NCBI RefSeq assembly: GCF_033153115.1
Contig: NW_026889832.1
Span: 1,302,001-1,366,000, forward strand
DNA from: Saccostrea echinata
Taxonomy: Eukaryota
DNA: 64,000 nucleotides
Direction: 5' to 3'
A program made the translations under genes and the position numbers. The notes below the pieces were generated by a model, which saw nothing but the letters and a program-made list of their open reading frames with translations, had not been told where the DNA came from and ran no database searches. Positions 28,190 through 41,300 of the stretch are shown here, piece after piece. The first letter of the stretch is position 1, and each line of letters opens with the position of its first letter.

Positions 28190-29429
28190 TTTTTTTTTTA
28201 ATTTTTTTTTGTTTGGGGGGGGGGGGATTTACTAAATGATAGTATTCAGCATGTGAAATGAAAAAGTTACGACATCTGGCTTGTACAAACTCATAAAATC
28301 ATTATTACAGTGTGATAAATGTTCTATATAAAAAGAATCTTCTATACACATATTAAAGAATTAGCAATCAAATCTTTATATCCATATTGGTATTTTTTAT
28401 TTGCTTCAGTATACATGTATAAATTTAATAATTCTACAAATCCAGAGGTGGGGTTAGTCAGATCCCCTCCCCCCCGAACTGTGCATGCTCTTCTTTTTTC
28501 CCTAAGCGGGGGACACAAATTCTCTGAATTAGCTTGTTTTATAATATGTGCGAATGTCATACAAAAAAGTCATGTACGGTTCAGGAACTTAATACTTTTT
28601 TCCTCTTTGTGAAGCTCATAATAGAGATAGTTGTACCTTTATTTGAAAGCTTAATATCCAATAGTAGGGAATTGAATACAATATTGTTTTGTATTAAATC
28701 GTTTATATACAGGACTAAATGTCGTAAATGAGGTGTTGTCCTTACAAGGATTGCTCGGAGACATCAAAATATTACTTTCTACAATGAAATATAATGCAAC
28801 AAAAAGTAATTAATTAAGAGTCTAAAAATAAATTGAAATACATGTCTTTTGCTTTCATAAGACCTTGAAACCAGACACTTTAAAGACATCTTGCAATTCT
28901 TGGGCACATATGCTCTTACCAGTACTATAAATAACATAGATCTCCTTCTCCGGTTCATTCCCCCTCCTCTTTCACCTTCTCCCCCTTTCAATTATCATCA
29001 TTATAGAATCTTTGTATTGTTTATCATATTTACAACAACATATATTTTTGTATTTCATATCATAAATACAAATGTATAATATATCTGTGACAATTGATAC
29101 CAATAAAAAGATAAGGCAGCTTCCTGTTATTTTCTTTTTTGTTCTACAAATTTTTGTTATTATTTATAATTTATTTTCCAACTTTTAGTTCAGTATTAGT
29201 CCCCTTCAGTCAAGGATGCTTGGTGTAAAGTTTTGTTTAAATATAGACGAACAAATTTTCCTCAGAAAAAATTTCCTCAGAAAAAATTATTTTATTAGTC
29301 TTAGATCCTCAATTTCTAAATTAATATTAAATTGTTACTTTTCTTATTCTAACTTTTGGATGCATCCACTGCTGTCAATACATATCCGTACTTAGTAATG
29401 CTGAAACTGATAGGTTTGTATGTGGTGAT

Positions 29430-31025
29430 TCGTGATCAACATCAGTACTGGTGGGATTAGGAATGTCCTTGCCGGCCTTAATCCATACAAGGCCACCGGT
29501 CCTGATAATGTCCAATGCAGATTATTGAGGGAGTTTGCAGTAGCCCCAGTATTTCAACTACTCTTCCAGGCATCAGTTAACCAGCGTACAATACCAACTG
29601 ATTGGAAGTCTGCAAATGTTGTGCCAATATACAAGAAAGGGGACAAAGACAAAGCTGAGAACTATAGACCGGTGTCCTTGAATTCAGTCACATGCAAGCT
29701 TCTTGAACATATCATGGTCAGTAACATCATGGACCACCTAGATACTCACAAGATCCTGCATGATGCACAACACGGATTCAGGAAACGCCGCTTCTGTGAA
29801 AGCCAGCTTATATTAACAGTACAGGATTTGGCTAAAAACTTGGACAACAAGGGACAGACAGATGTCATATTGGGATTAGAGGCATATGGGATTAGAGGCT
29901 ATCACCTGCAATGGATAGAGGACTTTTTAAGTGGACGCATCCAACAAGTTCTATTAGAGGGACAAACATAAGGTACAGCTGCAGTAAAATCTGGAGTACC
30001 ACAGGGGAGTGTTCTTGGACCACTCCTATTCCTTCTGTTTATTAATGATCTGCCAGAGTATGTATCCAAAAATTCAACTGTCCGCCTATTTGCAGATGAC
30101 TGTGCTCTATATAGAGACATCAAAGATGAGGATGATGCCATACAGCTCCAGAAAGACCTAGATGGACTTCAGAGATGGGAGGACGAATGAATGATGGAAT
30201 TTCATCCTGGCAAATGTCAGGTCTTACATGTTACCAACAAAAGGAAGGTGGTCAGTGTACCATATGTTATCCACGGTCATGTCCTCGAGGTAGTAGAAAC
30301 AGCTAAATACCTTGGAATCCACCTTCATGAAGGTCTGAAGTGGAACCACCACATTGATACCATTGCAAAGAAGGCCAATTCCACCGTTGCCTTTCTGAGA
30401 CGCAAACTACACCAGTGTCCATCAGAAACAGAGGCCCTATGCTATCAGACCTTAGTCAGGCCCATCTTGGAATACGGGAGCAACATCTGGGATCCTTACA
30501 CCAAGGATAGCATTGGCAAACTGGAGATGGTCCAAAGAAGAACTGCCCGTATGGTAACATCTGACCATAGAACAACTAGCAGCGTATCGGACATATTAAA
30601 ACAGCTGAGTTGGACATCTCTACAGGAGCGACGTGGTCAAGCAAAAGCTGTTATGATGTACCGCATAGTGTACCAGCTCATCGACATTCCAACACTCCTC
30701 TTGTTTCCAGCCACGACAACCAGAGGAAACAGCATGATGTTCCTGGTTCCTTATGCCAGAACCTTAGTGTACCAGAAGTCATTTTTCCCCGATGGTATTC
30801 GAGTGTGGAACTCTCTACCAACATCTTTGGTTACCACCACCTCCCTAGATAGCTTCAAATCGAAGCTATCCAGCCACATCATCCGACCGTAAACCAACCA
30901 ATCTATTTCACCTGCACTGTAAATAGTTTATCTTATTTTTGAATCACCTTGTTTTCCTCGCACCACCATGTGCCAGTACGAAATATCAGAAGTTCTGATC
31001 AGTACTTTATTGGAAGAAGAAGAAG
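29430..31025 (+). mobile_element. 5'-truncated CR1-group LINE (RT pseudogene)
   Basis: [50 protein letters not shown] and SFFP..IRVWNSLP motifs. Stops at 29969 and 30188, the DFSKAFD region is deleted, and it ends in a (GAA)4 tail. Confidence 0.9.
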
Positions 31026-31329
31026 GGCATTTGGAGGAATTTCGGGAGTAACTTTAACAGACTCCACGGGCACAGGTAAGTTTAAGTTAGCAGATGAATG
31101 CGAAGAGTTCGCATATTCAGGATTTGTTAGGGATGCTAAAAATGTACTAGCTTTTTTCTTTTGCTGAACGGAAAGATCTCTATTGTAGGATTTTAAAGAG
31201 GCTTCGGATCTATGACCAGACATGAACATCATTTGCCTTGCTTCAAATCCTGCATCGTTCATAGCAGTTATTGCAGTGGCACGCAGACAGTGGGGAGTAT
31301 ATGATTGTTGACATTTTGCGGACTTGGAT
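31026..31329 (-). pseudogene. Crypton-type tyrosine recombinase, C-terminal half (catalytic box II)
   Basis: SKSAKCQQSYTPHCLRATAITAMNDAGFEARQMMFMSGHRSEASLKSY contains HxxR, H and the catalytic Y. It is continuous with 50509-51762 across the TSD. Confidence 0.9.
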
Positions 31330-31483
31330 CAATCGGAACTCCTCGGATGTCTCGCGAACTCAACAATAACCTCGGATGTAAAACGATGGACGCCATCGCG
31401 CTTTGAATGTTGGGAAAGGGACTACTTTAACCTCGTTTTCTACAATGGTGGAAAAACGTGTTACTGTCGAGTGTAGTCTGCTC

Positions 31484-31780
31484 TTCGTAATTTGAGGGTA
31501 ATTAAATTTGATGGTAGTTTTTGCTTTAATTGATTGAATTAATTTTCTTCATTGTGTTTACTTCAGCATACACCGTTAGATAATTATAGAATAGTAGAAC
31601 TTTTATTTCCTGTCAGGTTATTTTAGAAAATTGTAGTGGTGTTCGTAATTTGATGGTAAGTTTTGCTTTAATTGATTGAATCGATTTTCTCCAATGGGTT
31701 TATTTTAGCATACACTGTTAGATAATTATAGAATGATTATAGAATTCTATAACTTTTATTTCCTGTCAGGTTATTTCAGA
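31484..31780. repeat. Two ~150-bp direct repeats inside the AcademH left arm
   Basis: ttcgtaatttga...ttttgctttaattgattgaat...acttttatttcctgtcaggttattt occurs twice. Confidence 0.7.
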
Positions 31781-31975
31781 AAGTATTAAACTTTTACGGG
31801 ATGCAAAAACCTGATAAATTGACAGAAGTGTAAATACTACCAAAACAAAAAAAATAAGCAAAGATATTCAATGAGAATTATGTCTCAGTGGTGGTTGATT
31901 TAATTTTTACAGCAAAAAGCATATCACGAAAAGTTTACAATGATATTCAGAAGAAATTTTTTTATTTCAGTTAAC

Positions 31976-32658
31976 CAGGTCTGGTACAATCACTAGATTT
32001 ACCTGCGTAGCTTGAATTACCTACATAGCTTCATTTACCTACCTGAAGTAGCTTAATTTATTTAGCAACTAAATCAAACTTATTTCTTAAATTAGCATTT
32101 TTCCCAGAAAGTGCAGAAAAGTGCACTTATGCAGTGATAATTTTCAACTTTGAAGTCATCTGAAAACAATTAATGAAAAAATCACTCTTGGAGATGTGTC
32201 TTTTTCTGCGCAATTGCATTCAAAGTTCTAAAAGTTTTGGGGCTATATAAAACAGTTAATTTGTGACCTAACAGTTACTTCTTGAGTGAAATAACAAAGA
32301 AAGCCAGTTTTGGTTAACATGAACACAATGAGAAGTAATCATACTTATCCACGCCTCATCGCACACAAGGTGGTGTACAGTTACTCAAACAATGGAAATG
32401 CATATTTTCCTTAAAAGTGTTCAAACGCAGCAATGTTAAAACTATTTCTGCTTTAGATTGCTTTTTAAATAATACGTAGAATAAATATTAGTAGACATTT
32501 ACTTGCGCCTTTTTGTCTTTTTAAAATATGAAGCAAAATTGTGAAAAGTTGCCTTAAAATAGCTAAATAAAGCTACCTGAGGTAGGTAAATAAAACTATG
32601 GTAGGTATGGTAGGTAATTTTAGCTACATAGCTAAATGTACTGATTGTACTAGACCTG
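31976..32658. mobile_element. hAT5-like non-autonomous element
   Basis: TIR caggtct(g/a)gtacaatca and a 5-bp TSD ttaac. Confidence 0.65.
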
Positions 32659-35600
32659 TTAACATGTAGATCTATTTATGGGAGTCCTGGTCATTAGATA
32701 TGTTTGATTGTTGAATTTGTCACAGCAAAGCAACTTGATGTGAATTATGAATTATCTAATTATTGTGGTATGAATTATCTAATTATGAAGAAATCCAACA
32801 TGGTTGAACGACAAAACCTGCTTGAACTTCACTGAAAAAACATGCAATAAACAAACTGAATTTGATCACATATTTTGTTAAGTTTTTCTTTGGGAAAACT
32901 TCCACTACATTTTGGGAATATACAGGCATATTATCAGTTGGGACTGGGGCCGAATTACGGCCCAAAATTGGCCCTTAAAAAATCATGTATGTTTGATTGC
33001 TGAATTTGTCACAGGTAATCAACTGGATTTAAAGGTATTGGACTAGCAGGTCCACCTAACAGATATAACTATAAGACAAACCCTGTTGAAATACTGTGTT
33101 GGTGCAGTGAGTAATGGTTTGTGTCATTTTTCGATACTTTTCATCGTAAAACATTTATTCAAAAAAAAATCTTTCAGTTTACATGTAGATCTGTTTACCA
33201 CAAACCTAGATATGGAGTCCTGGTTATCAGATATATATGTTTTGATTGCTGAATTTGCCACAAAGTTTGAGGTATATCAACTTTTACATCTGTATAGTAG
33301 GTCTTCCTCATGCTTTCTTGTCGAGTGTATGCAGTATGTGAGAAACATTATTCCAAAGTCATTTGATCAAGTTAAAGTTTACTTATTGAAAAATATAATT
33401 AATATATAGTACAACAATTAGTGTACTGTACATACAGCTTGATGATGCAAATATATCTATTACAGAAATAAGTACTTTCATACATGGCTTCTACAAAGGA
33501 ATCTGTTGAAACACCTGTCAAAGTGATCTTTGGGGACTGTTGTGTGGTTTGTGAGTCCAGTACACGACGTCTACACTGTTTTCAGAATGTAAAGGCCAGA
33601 GAAGAGCATTTCAGGAAAAATTATGAAGCAGTACTGGGACAGAGAGTAGAAATGTTTTCATCCTTGAAAATATGTTATGTTTGTGCAAAAAATTGTGCAG
33701 ACTTTGCAAATTTTCAGGTTATAGTGAAAGATTCTTACAATAACATTTTTCAACGAAAACGAACTAAGCGACTTGCGATAACTCCATCATCTAAACTTCA
33801 GAGTGAAAGTGTCGTTTAAAGACTAAAAAAATCTATTGAAAAAATTAAAAGTCTCAAAATGTCTGACCAAGATGATCCCTCTAGATTTAAAGTATCTACA
33901 TTGAAATCCAGAAAATGTCTTTCATTGGATGATGATCATTCATATAACAAAACCATAAAAGGAAATGCTAATATAGATGGTAAGGGTTGATTATATTTTT
34001 TCTTCTTTTAATTTTTTAAAAATTTTTCTAGTCATGATTTCACTATAGTAAAGCAAGCTTGGTACACTTGAAGAAATAAAATGTTTGTTTTTTTTTAAAA
34101 TAGTAGTTCTTGAAAGATAAATAAAAATTCTAATAATATTTATAAAATGATGCATCATTATGCTGTTCTGTATAAATTTTACAGCTTCATGCTCCAAAGA
34201 CCTTGTTTGTGCTTCATTTTATGACCATATATACACAACTTGTGTCAAAAACACCTGCTCGAGAGGAAAAGTCTCTCACTCCAGATCCAGACAGCTGCAA
34301 AAATACTAACACGTTCAATGCGGAATGTCTTTTGTCCCAGGTATCAAATCAATTAAAGCTTACAATTACCTTTAGAAATGGTAATTTTATGACATTTTAT
34401 TTGTTCTTGAACAGTAATCATCATTATCATATTGATTAAAATGAAATTAATAATCACATATGAAATTTTACTGTATAGTAGAGGTTTAACCATACAATGA
34501 TACAGCGACCATATTGATCGCAAGGGCTTACATGTATGTCATGATACAGTACAAGTTAATTTTCATTAATTAATTATCAGTTAATTTAATTGTTGACTGC
34601 TGCATCATGATACATGTTGTATTGCATAATTGTATCATATCATTAGATAGCTTGCGATACTCAGGCCTACTGTATAATATGCCAATATATTATTAAACTA
34701 CAGTCACTACACTTCTTAATTTTTGTAATGTGCTTGAATATTTTGAACTTGACAAATTTTCATCTCTTAGGTATCAGAGGAGTATAAGAACCTGGATGCA
34801 CAGATTTCTCAGTTAAGCAAAGCGAACGGGAGCATTTTGTGGTTAAGAGATCCCAACCACCTCAGTGACAGTGATATTTTTGAGAAGTGCATTTTGGAAA
34901 TGAATGAACAGTGTCCTCTTTTTCTGTCCATTCTTGTAACCTGTTTAGGGCAGAAAATATCCTTGGAGTCAAAAATGGCAACAATAGCAACCATTTATGG
35001 CATGATACTGCATTCAAGAAACATGAAGGTGTCAGCTGTGCAAAGAATCTATACAGCAATTGCAATCCACTGCCATGCTGACAATGAGGTAGTATAAATT
35101 ATTACAACTGTTTGATATATTTAAAAAAAATTAGTGGTAAATTTAGATGAGATCACAATAAGATATAAAGATTTTTTGAGATATATAAGCACAAAATGTG
35201 TCTTTATCTTGAATCAAGCATTTTTCTCCTAACCTAATTTTGCCACTACATTGTTTGAGTTATGTTGCAATAAGTTATTGGTATAAGTATAATGAAGAAT
35301 GGATAAAGTAAATGATTTTAAAGTAAAAACCAAACCAGTGATGAGTTAATTAAAAGAAAAATTATGACAAAAATTGTGAGGAATGTGTCATTTTATGCAT
35401 TCTTATTTGAATGTTATACCAATTGTTTTGCTTTATTGCATGCTTGTTATGTAGAAAAGAAATGTTGAAAAGGCATATTGATTTAGAAGAAGGACCTACA
35501 GAAGCCATAGTTATCAGAAGTTCTTGTGTCCATTGCCCAGGTTTAAAAAATTTTCATTGCTGTTTATGCTTAAGGGTAAGTATGATTTTATAAGTACTTA

Positions 35601-36866
35601 TTATTTTGCATTCTTAACATGTTTTATGTTTTTATTAATGATTTTTCTAATATATAATGCAAATAACTGGTAAATTATGTAAAATTTATTCTTGGACCAT
35701 TGATTGGGAAGGCTATAAAGGCCAATGGGACTATTGTAAGAATTTTTAATAGGCCATTTTGAAAATAAACGGGCCTTCTATATTCTTAAGGGTCATACTG
35801 CATTTTAAATGAACAAGATGTGAAAATAGAACAAGAATGTTGTACACAAAATATTTCCAATAAACATTGCTTAAAAAATTGAATGCGTACCATAGCCTCG
35901 ACTACATGTATTATTGATTTAATGTGCCAATTTTTACTACAACTTGCGACTTTGGCCAAGCCTTTCCCAATCACTCTTGGACAACCATCGATTTTTATTC
36001 ACTGAATTATAAGCTACAGTAAATGAATGTACATGTATTTTGTGTGATATTTTAAAAGAAAGTGAAAAATTTTGTTCGTTACTAAAGGATATGTAATATT
36101 CTTAACTTTCCTGTAAATGAAATCAAACTTAAATAGCACAAGTTAACTTCATGATATAATGATGCACAGATATATAATTTTTGAACCACAATACGGTACA
36201 ACTTTCTGTATTTTGGGGGTTAATCTGCATATTATTTAAGCCTTACTATCACACACATTTTTTTTCAGTTGTTTCACAGGCTGAACAAGGTTCACATCAC
36301 CCTTTCTCATGAGTTGAAAAGATTTCTGCTTGGAAAATTTGCTGAATACTCTGAGGAGGAAATAATCAAGCAGTATGCAGAGGAAAGGAATGGAGAAATC
36401 AATGGTGACAATCTGGTTATTTATGTGAGGTCAAATGACATAAGGCATGATCATACTAACAGAGATCTACATTTCTTTGCCTCTGACATCACATTTGATC
36501 GTGTTAAAGGAGACCATCTCAGTAAAACTTTACCCTGTGGTGAGGTGAACAATATGGACTTCAGGACTTTTGTTCCATCACTGACAGAATTGAATCTCTA
36601 CAAAGAGGCTTCCAAAATTCTTGTGGGAAGGCTTCTATCAGAAAATATGGAAGCTTTTGAGTGGACGAAGAATGTCATACCATTGCATATTCCACACAAA
36701 CATGAAAAGGAAATGGCAGAAAAATCCAGTACACTGCTGCTACCATTGCAGTTAAAGAATGAAATGCACCATGACCAGTGTGTTGAAATTATGCTAGAAT
36801 ATGAAAGAATAATCAATTCAATATATTCCAAATCTGGCAGAGGTACATGATCAAAGGGATGATATA

Positions 36867-37046
36867 CAGTTCAACTGTGGTATCTCGAACTCTGATATCT
36901 CAAATACCATCTATAGATATGTCCAAGTAATTAAGAGGTTCAAACAACTTTGTATCTAAGTATTTTACCCTCAATAACTAAAATCCTCAGATATCTCAAG
37001 TTTTTTTCTCAGGCCCCTGGAGTTCGAGATAAAGGAGGCTTGACTG
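36867..37046. mobile_element. Tc1/mariner-pogo-type MITE in a transposase intron
   Basis: TA|cagttcaac...tatctcgaact mirrored by agttcgagata...ttgactg|TA. Confidence 0.65.
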
Positions 37047-38357
37047 TAGTTGACACTAGTTCATGACAATCTTTTCACATATTAAATTTTGTAATGGCAC
37101 TTGCACATTGATGAAATATCAAATTCCATAATACTATGTAAAGCTGAAAATGAAGTACTCTGAATTCTTAATTGAATTTTTTTGTCAAAAATGTACAAAA
37201 AAATGTATTCTTCAGAACGTTCAAATAACAAGTATATAGCATAGTATTGCAAGTTGGTATTGAGTAATATATTCATAATTTTGTTTTTAGGTGCTGATCT
37301 AGAATCACCGAGTATTCCTGTGGGAGGGGATCAATTGACGCGTGTTAATCTACAATCTGCTAAAAATCTTCGAGCAGGCTGCCATACTGCAGCTGAGAGA
37401 TTAGAACATCTTGATCCTATTGTTGTGGAGTTATTTCATACATCAATGAACTTCCTGCAGGTATGCATGCATGTAAATGTATCATAATACATACATGTAA
37501 TACATATGGTCTTTAATATATAGAATTGTTAGATATGTTTTTAACCTCACCTGAGCTAAATTCTCAAGTGAGCTTTTCTGGTCAAAATTTATCTTAATAT
37601 CTTGGTGCCATATTAAAAGCTCTGTGAGTGAAACAATTACACATGTAAAGATTTAATTGATTGTTAATGAGTAAACATGTACATGTAGGTTACTGTTATG
37701 AAGGAAATTTAATATATTTCTTGTCAAAGTCGAGTTGTTTTGCCTCACATTTAAAAGATCCAATGTCCAATAAACAGTGTTTTTGGTCCTAATAAATGAG
37801 AATAATTTTATTGAGGAAAAAAAATCATGAAAATCCAATGAAGATGAATAGCAAGGACAAAAGTGATTCACTTGAGGTTTGTGGGCCATGGGCCCCATCT
37901 TAAGTACTCTTTCCCAAATAAATGCATGCAGATCATTCTTTTTTTAATTTCAGAAATTATTTGTCAAATTCTATAAAACAAACCATCTCCGAGATGTTGG
38001 CACTATGGCTCACCTTAAACTGCTTATACAGAGAGGAAATGTAAATGGACAGGTTAAAAGAAGGTTTGAGGTAAATAGTTTACATTTTGCAATTTGATGA
38101 AAAAAACCTCACACTGTATTATAGAGTAGAAGGAGTTCTGCACTGCTTATGTGAGTCACTGTAACTTATACGCAGGTAGGTTAAGGCTTCCCGTAGAATA
38201 TCACAGTGCACTGTGTGCCTTCACATCTCTGAACTACCAAAATATGACGTCATAATGGAAAATAACGTCAAGTCACTGCAAACTTGATATGTTATGACGG
38301 GGAGAGTGTCATGAACTCTACACTTTATTTCAAACTGCATGTAAAATGCTAGATAGC

Positions 38358-41300
38358 TGAAGAATACTCGAATTTAATCCGTTTTACAAACTTTATTACA
38401 TGTAACAGGCATTACAGCTTACATCAACATATGCTTTCACACCGACCTCCTGGCTGCACGCACTACCCATGCTAATACACACTGACACATGACCAACACT
38501 AAGAAACATAACTCTTGCACACAAACTCTTACGTACAATACACATTCAGAGTTACTTCCCTTAGATAATATCAATCCACTACAATACCCCCTTTTCTAGA
38601 ATAAACTTTTACAATTCTCAAAAATAAAATGAATTACTGGAAAGAAATTACTGTCCAAAATATTGATAGAAAACATTTACAATATACAGTCTTATATATA
38701 GAGAACTTACAATCAATCACATTCACAAGGAAATAAGTTTCACATTTCAAAGTCCTCAAAACGTTGCGGTAATTTCCTAATACGGGTCGACCTTCTCAGT
38801 TTCGGAGTTACTGGAGCAGAAGACGGAACATCATCACTGTTATCTGTAGACTCAACACTCGGTTCACTAGGAGTCTCTGGAATATCAGATGCACTTTCCG
38901 GTTCCTGATATTTTTTAACAAATTCACTATTTCGCTTCACTAAAACTCCCTCCGACGATTTTACGACACAACTGTTTCCCGTTTTCTGTACAAGTTTATA
39001 CGGCTCGGCATGATACGGCGTATCCATTTTATCCTTGACTGCTTTCTTCAATAGAACCGAATCTCCTAGCTCTAAATCACAATCCATTGCACCACGTTTC
39101 TTGTCGATATAAAGCTTGTTTTTGTATTTGGAATACACATCCTTATCACGCACTCCCTCATCATAAACATTTTATTGTAGATTTTCTACTTGTGGTAGCT
39201 TTGTTCTCAGTTTACGACGGAACATCAATTCTGCAGGTGGTACTCCTGTTGTATTATGAGGAGTCGTTCTGTATGCAAATAGATATTTGCGGACTTCTGT
39301 CTTCCAATTCTTAGACTCTGCTTGTGCTATCCGAATTCTTTTCATCAATGATCTGTTTTGTCTCTCTACCTCCCCGTTTGCTGATGGATGTAATGGTGTA
39401 ACTGCTCGGTGCTTGATACAGTTATCTGTTAAATAGTCCTTGAATAACTTAGATCTGAATTGGGGTCCATTGTCTGAAGTTATTTGTAGAGGAAGTCCAT
39501 GTCGACAAAACATTCCCTCCAGTATATCAATGATTTTCTCACTTGTAATATCCTTGGTAATTTCAATCTCATAGTATCGGCTGTAATAGTCCACAACAAC
39601 TAACACATACTGTCCAGATGTTAACGGTCCAAGAATGTCAATTGCCAATTCTTGCCATGGTCCTGTTGGTAAGGGTGTTGGACTGATTGGTTCTGGTTTC
39701 GGAAATGCACTAGTAATCTGACATCCATGACACGATTTCACATACTTCCCTCTTTGATAAAATTCCGAATTCTAATAAGTTCATCATCCCTCCTTGAAGC
39801 TTCTTCTACTTCATGAGTGGACAGTGCCTGAGGAGTTGCCTCCCTTGCAATAAATTTCACATATTGCTCAGTGTTCCATGAATTACTGTTTTCTGCAGGT
39901 GTCTTGTCCACCAAACGTGATAATGCATCTGCGATATTCTGATGCCCAGGTGAATACCGCACTTTGAAGTTGTAAGCCATAAGTTTTCATAGCCATCTTT
40001 CAATTCTTGCATTAGGTCTGGATTTTCTTCCATAAAGCACTTCCAATGGCTTGTGGTCTGTGATTAATTCAAAATCAACCCCGTATAGATAGATATGGAA
40101 CTTCTCACATGCCCATACAACTGCCAAAGCTTCTTTCTCTATTGAATAATTGCGTTCGGCTGCTGACAATGTACGACTAGCATAACTGATGACCCGTGTT
40201 TCACCCTTGTTAACTTGAAGTAGGACAGCACCAAGGCCTACATTGCTAGCATCTGTCACTAACTGAGTTTTTTCTGCATCTAATTTGTAATGTCCCAAAG
40301 TTTTCACATTTGACAAACAACTCTTTAAAGTGTCAAAACTTTTCTTCTGTTCAGCTGTCCAGACAAATTTCACATTTTTCTTTGTCAGTCTTCTGAGAGG
40401 TTCTGCCACAGTAGCAAGATTTGGTATATAACGAGCACTAAAGTTTACAAGTCCAAGGAAACTTTTCACTTCAGATCCATTTGTTGGCTCTTTAGCGTTG
40501 AGTAATGACTTGATCCTTTCAGTAGTAGGTCCTATACTATTCTTTGACAAGACATGCCCCATGAATGTTATTTTATTCATCTTAAATTCACACTTGTTTA
40601 AATTTAGTGTCAATCCTTTATCCTTGAGTCTCTGTAAGGCTTTGCGAAGTCGCTCATCATGTTCTGCTTTGTCACGACCGTAAATAACAATATCATCTGA
40701 AATATTCTGTACTCCTTCACAGTCATGAAACACTTGTAAAATCACTTGCTGATATTTCTCTGGAGCTGATGAAATGCCAAACATCAGTCTTTCATATCTG
40801 TAGAGACCTTTGTATGTAACGAATGTAGTGATCTCCCTTGATGACTCTTCCAGCTCAATTTGATGGTATCCACTTCTAAGGTCCAACTCACTAAAAACTT
40901 GGCTACCATTCACCATGTAGAGTATGTCATCCACTGTTGGAATAGGATGCCGTTCACGAATTATGGCAGCATTGGTTTGTCTCATGTCGACACACAATCT
41001 AATGTCACCACTGGGTTTTGGTACAATAATGACTGGACTGACCCACGGTGTAGGATCATTAACTCTTTCAATGATATCCTGAGACTCGAGTTCATCCAAC
41101 TGTTCTCCTACTTTATCCCTCAAACTGTAAGGAATTCTGTACAAAGCTTGTGCTACTGGTTTCACATTCTTGTCAATATGTAATTTCAACTTAAAGTCTT
41201 TTAGTTTTCCTATTCCTTGAAAACACTCAGAATATTCATGAACAATGTCAGTTGGCTGAACTGTGTTGACTCCAAGTTTCAAAACTCCTAAATTCATAGC

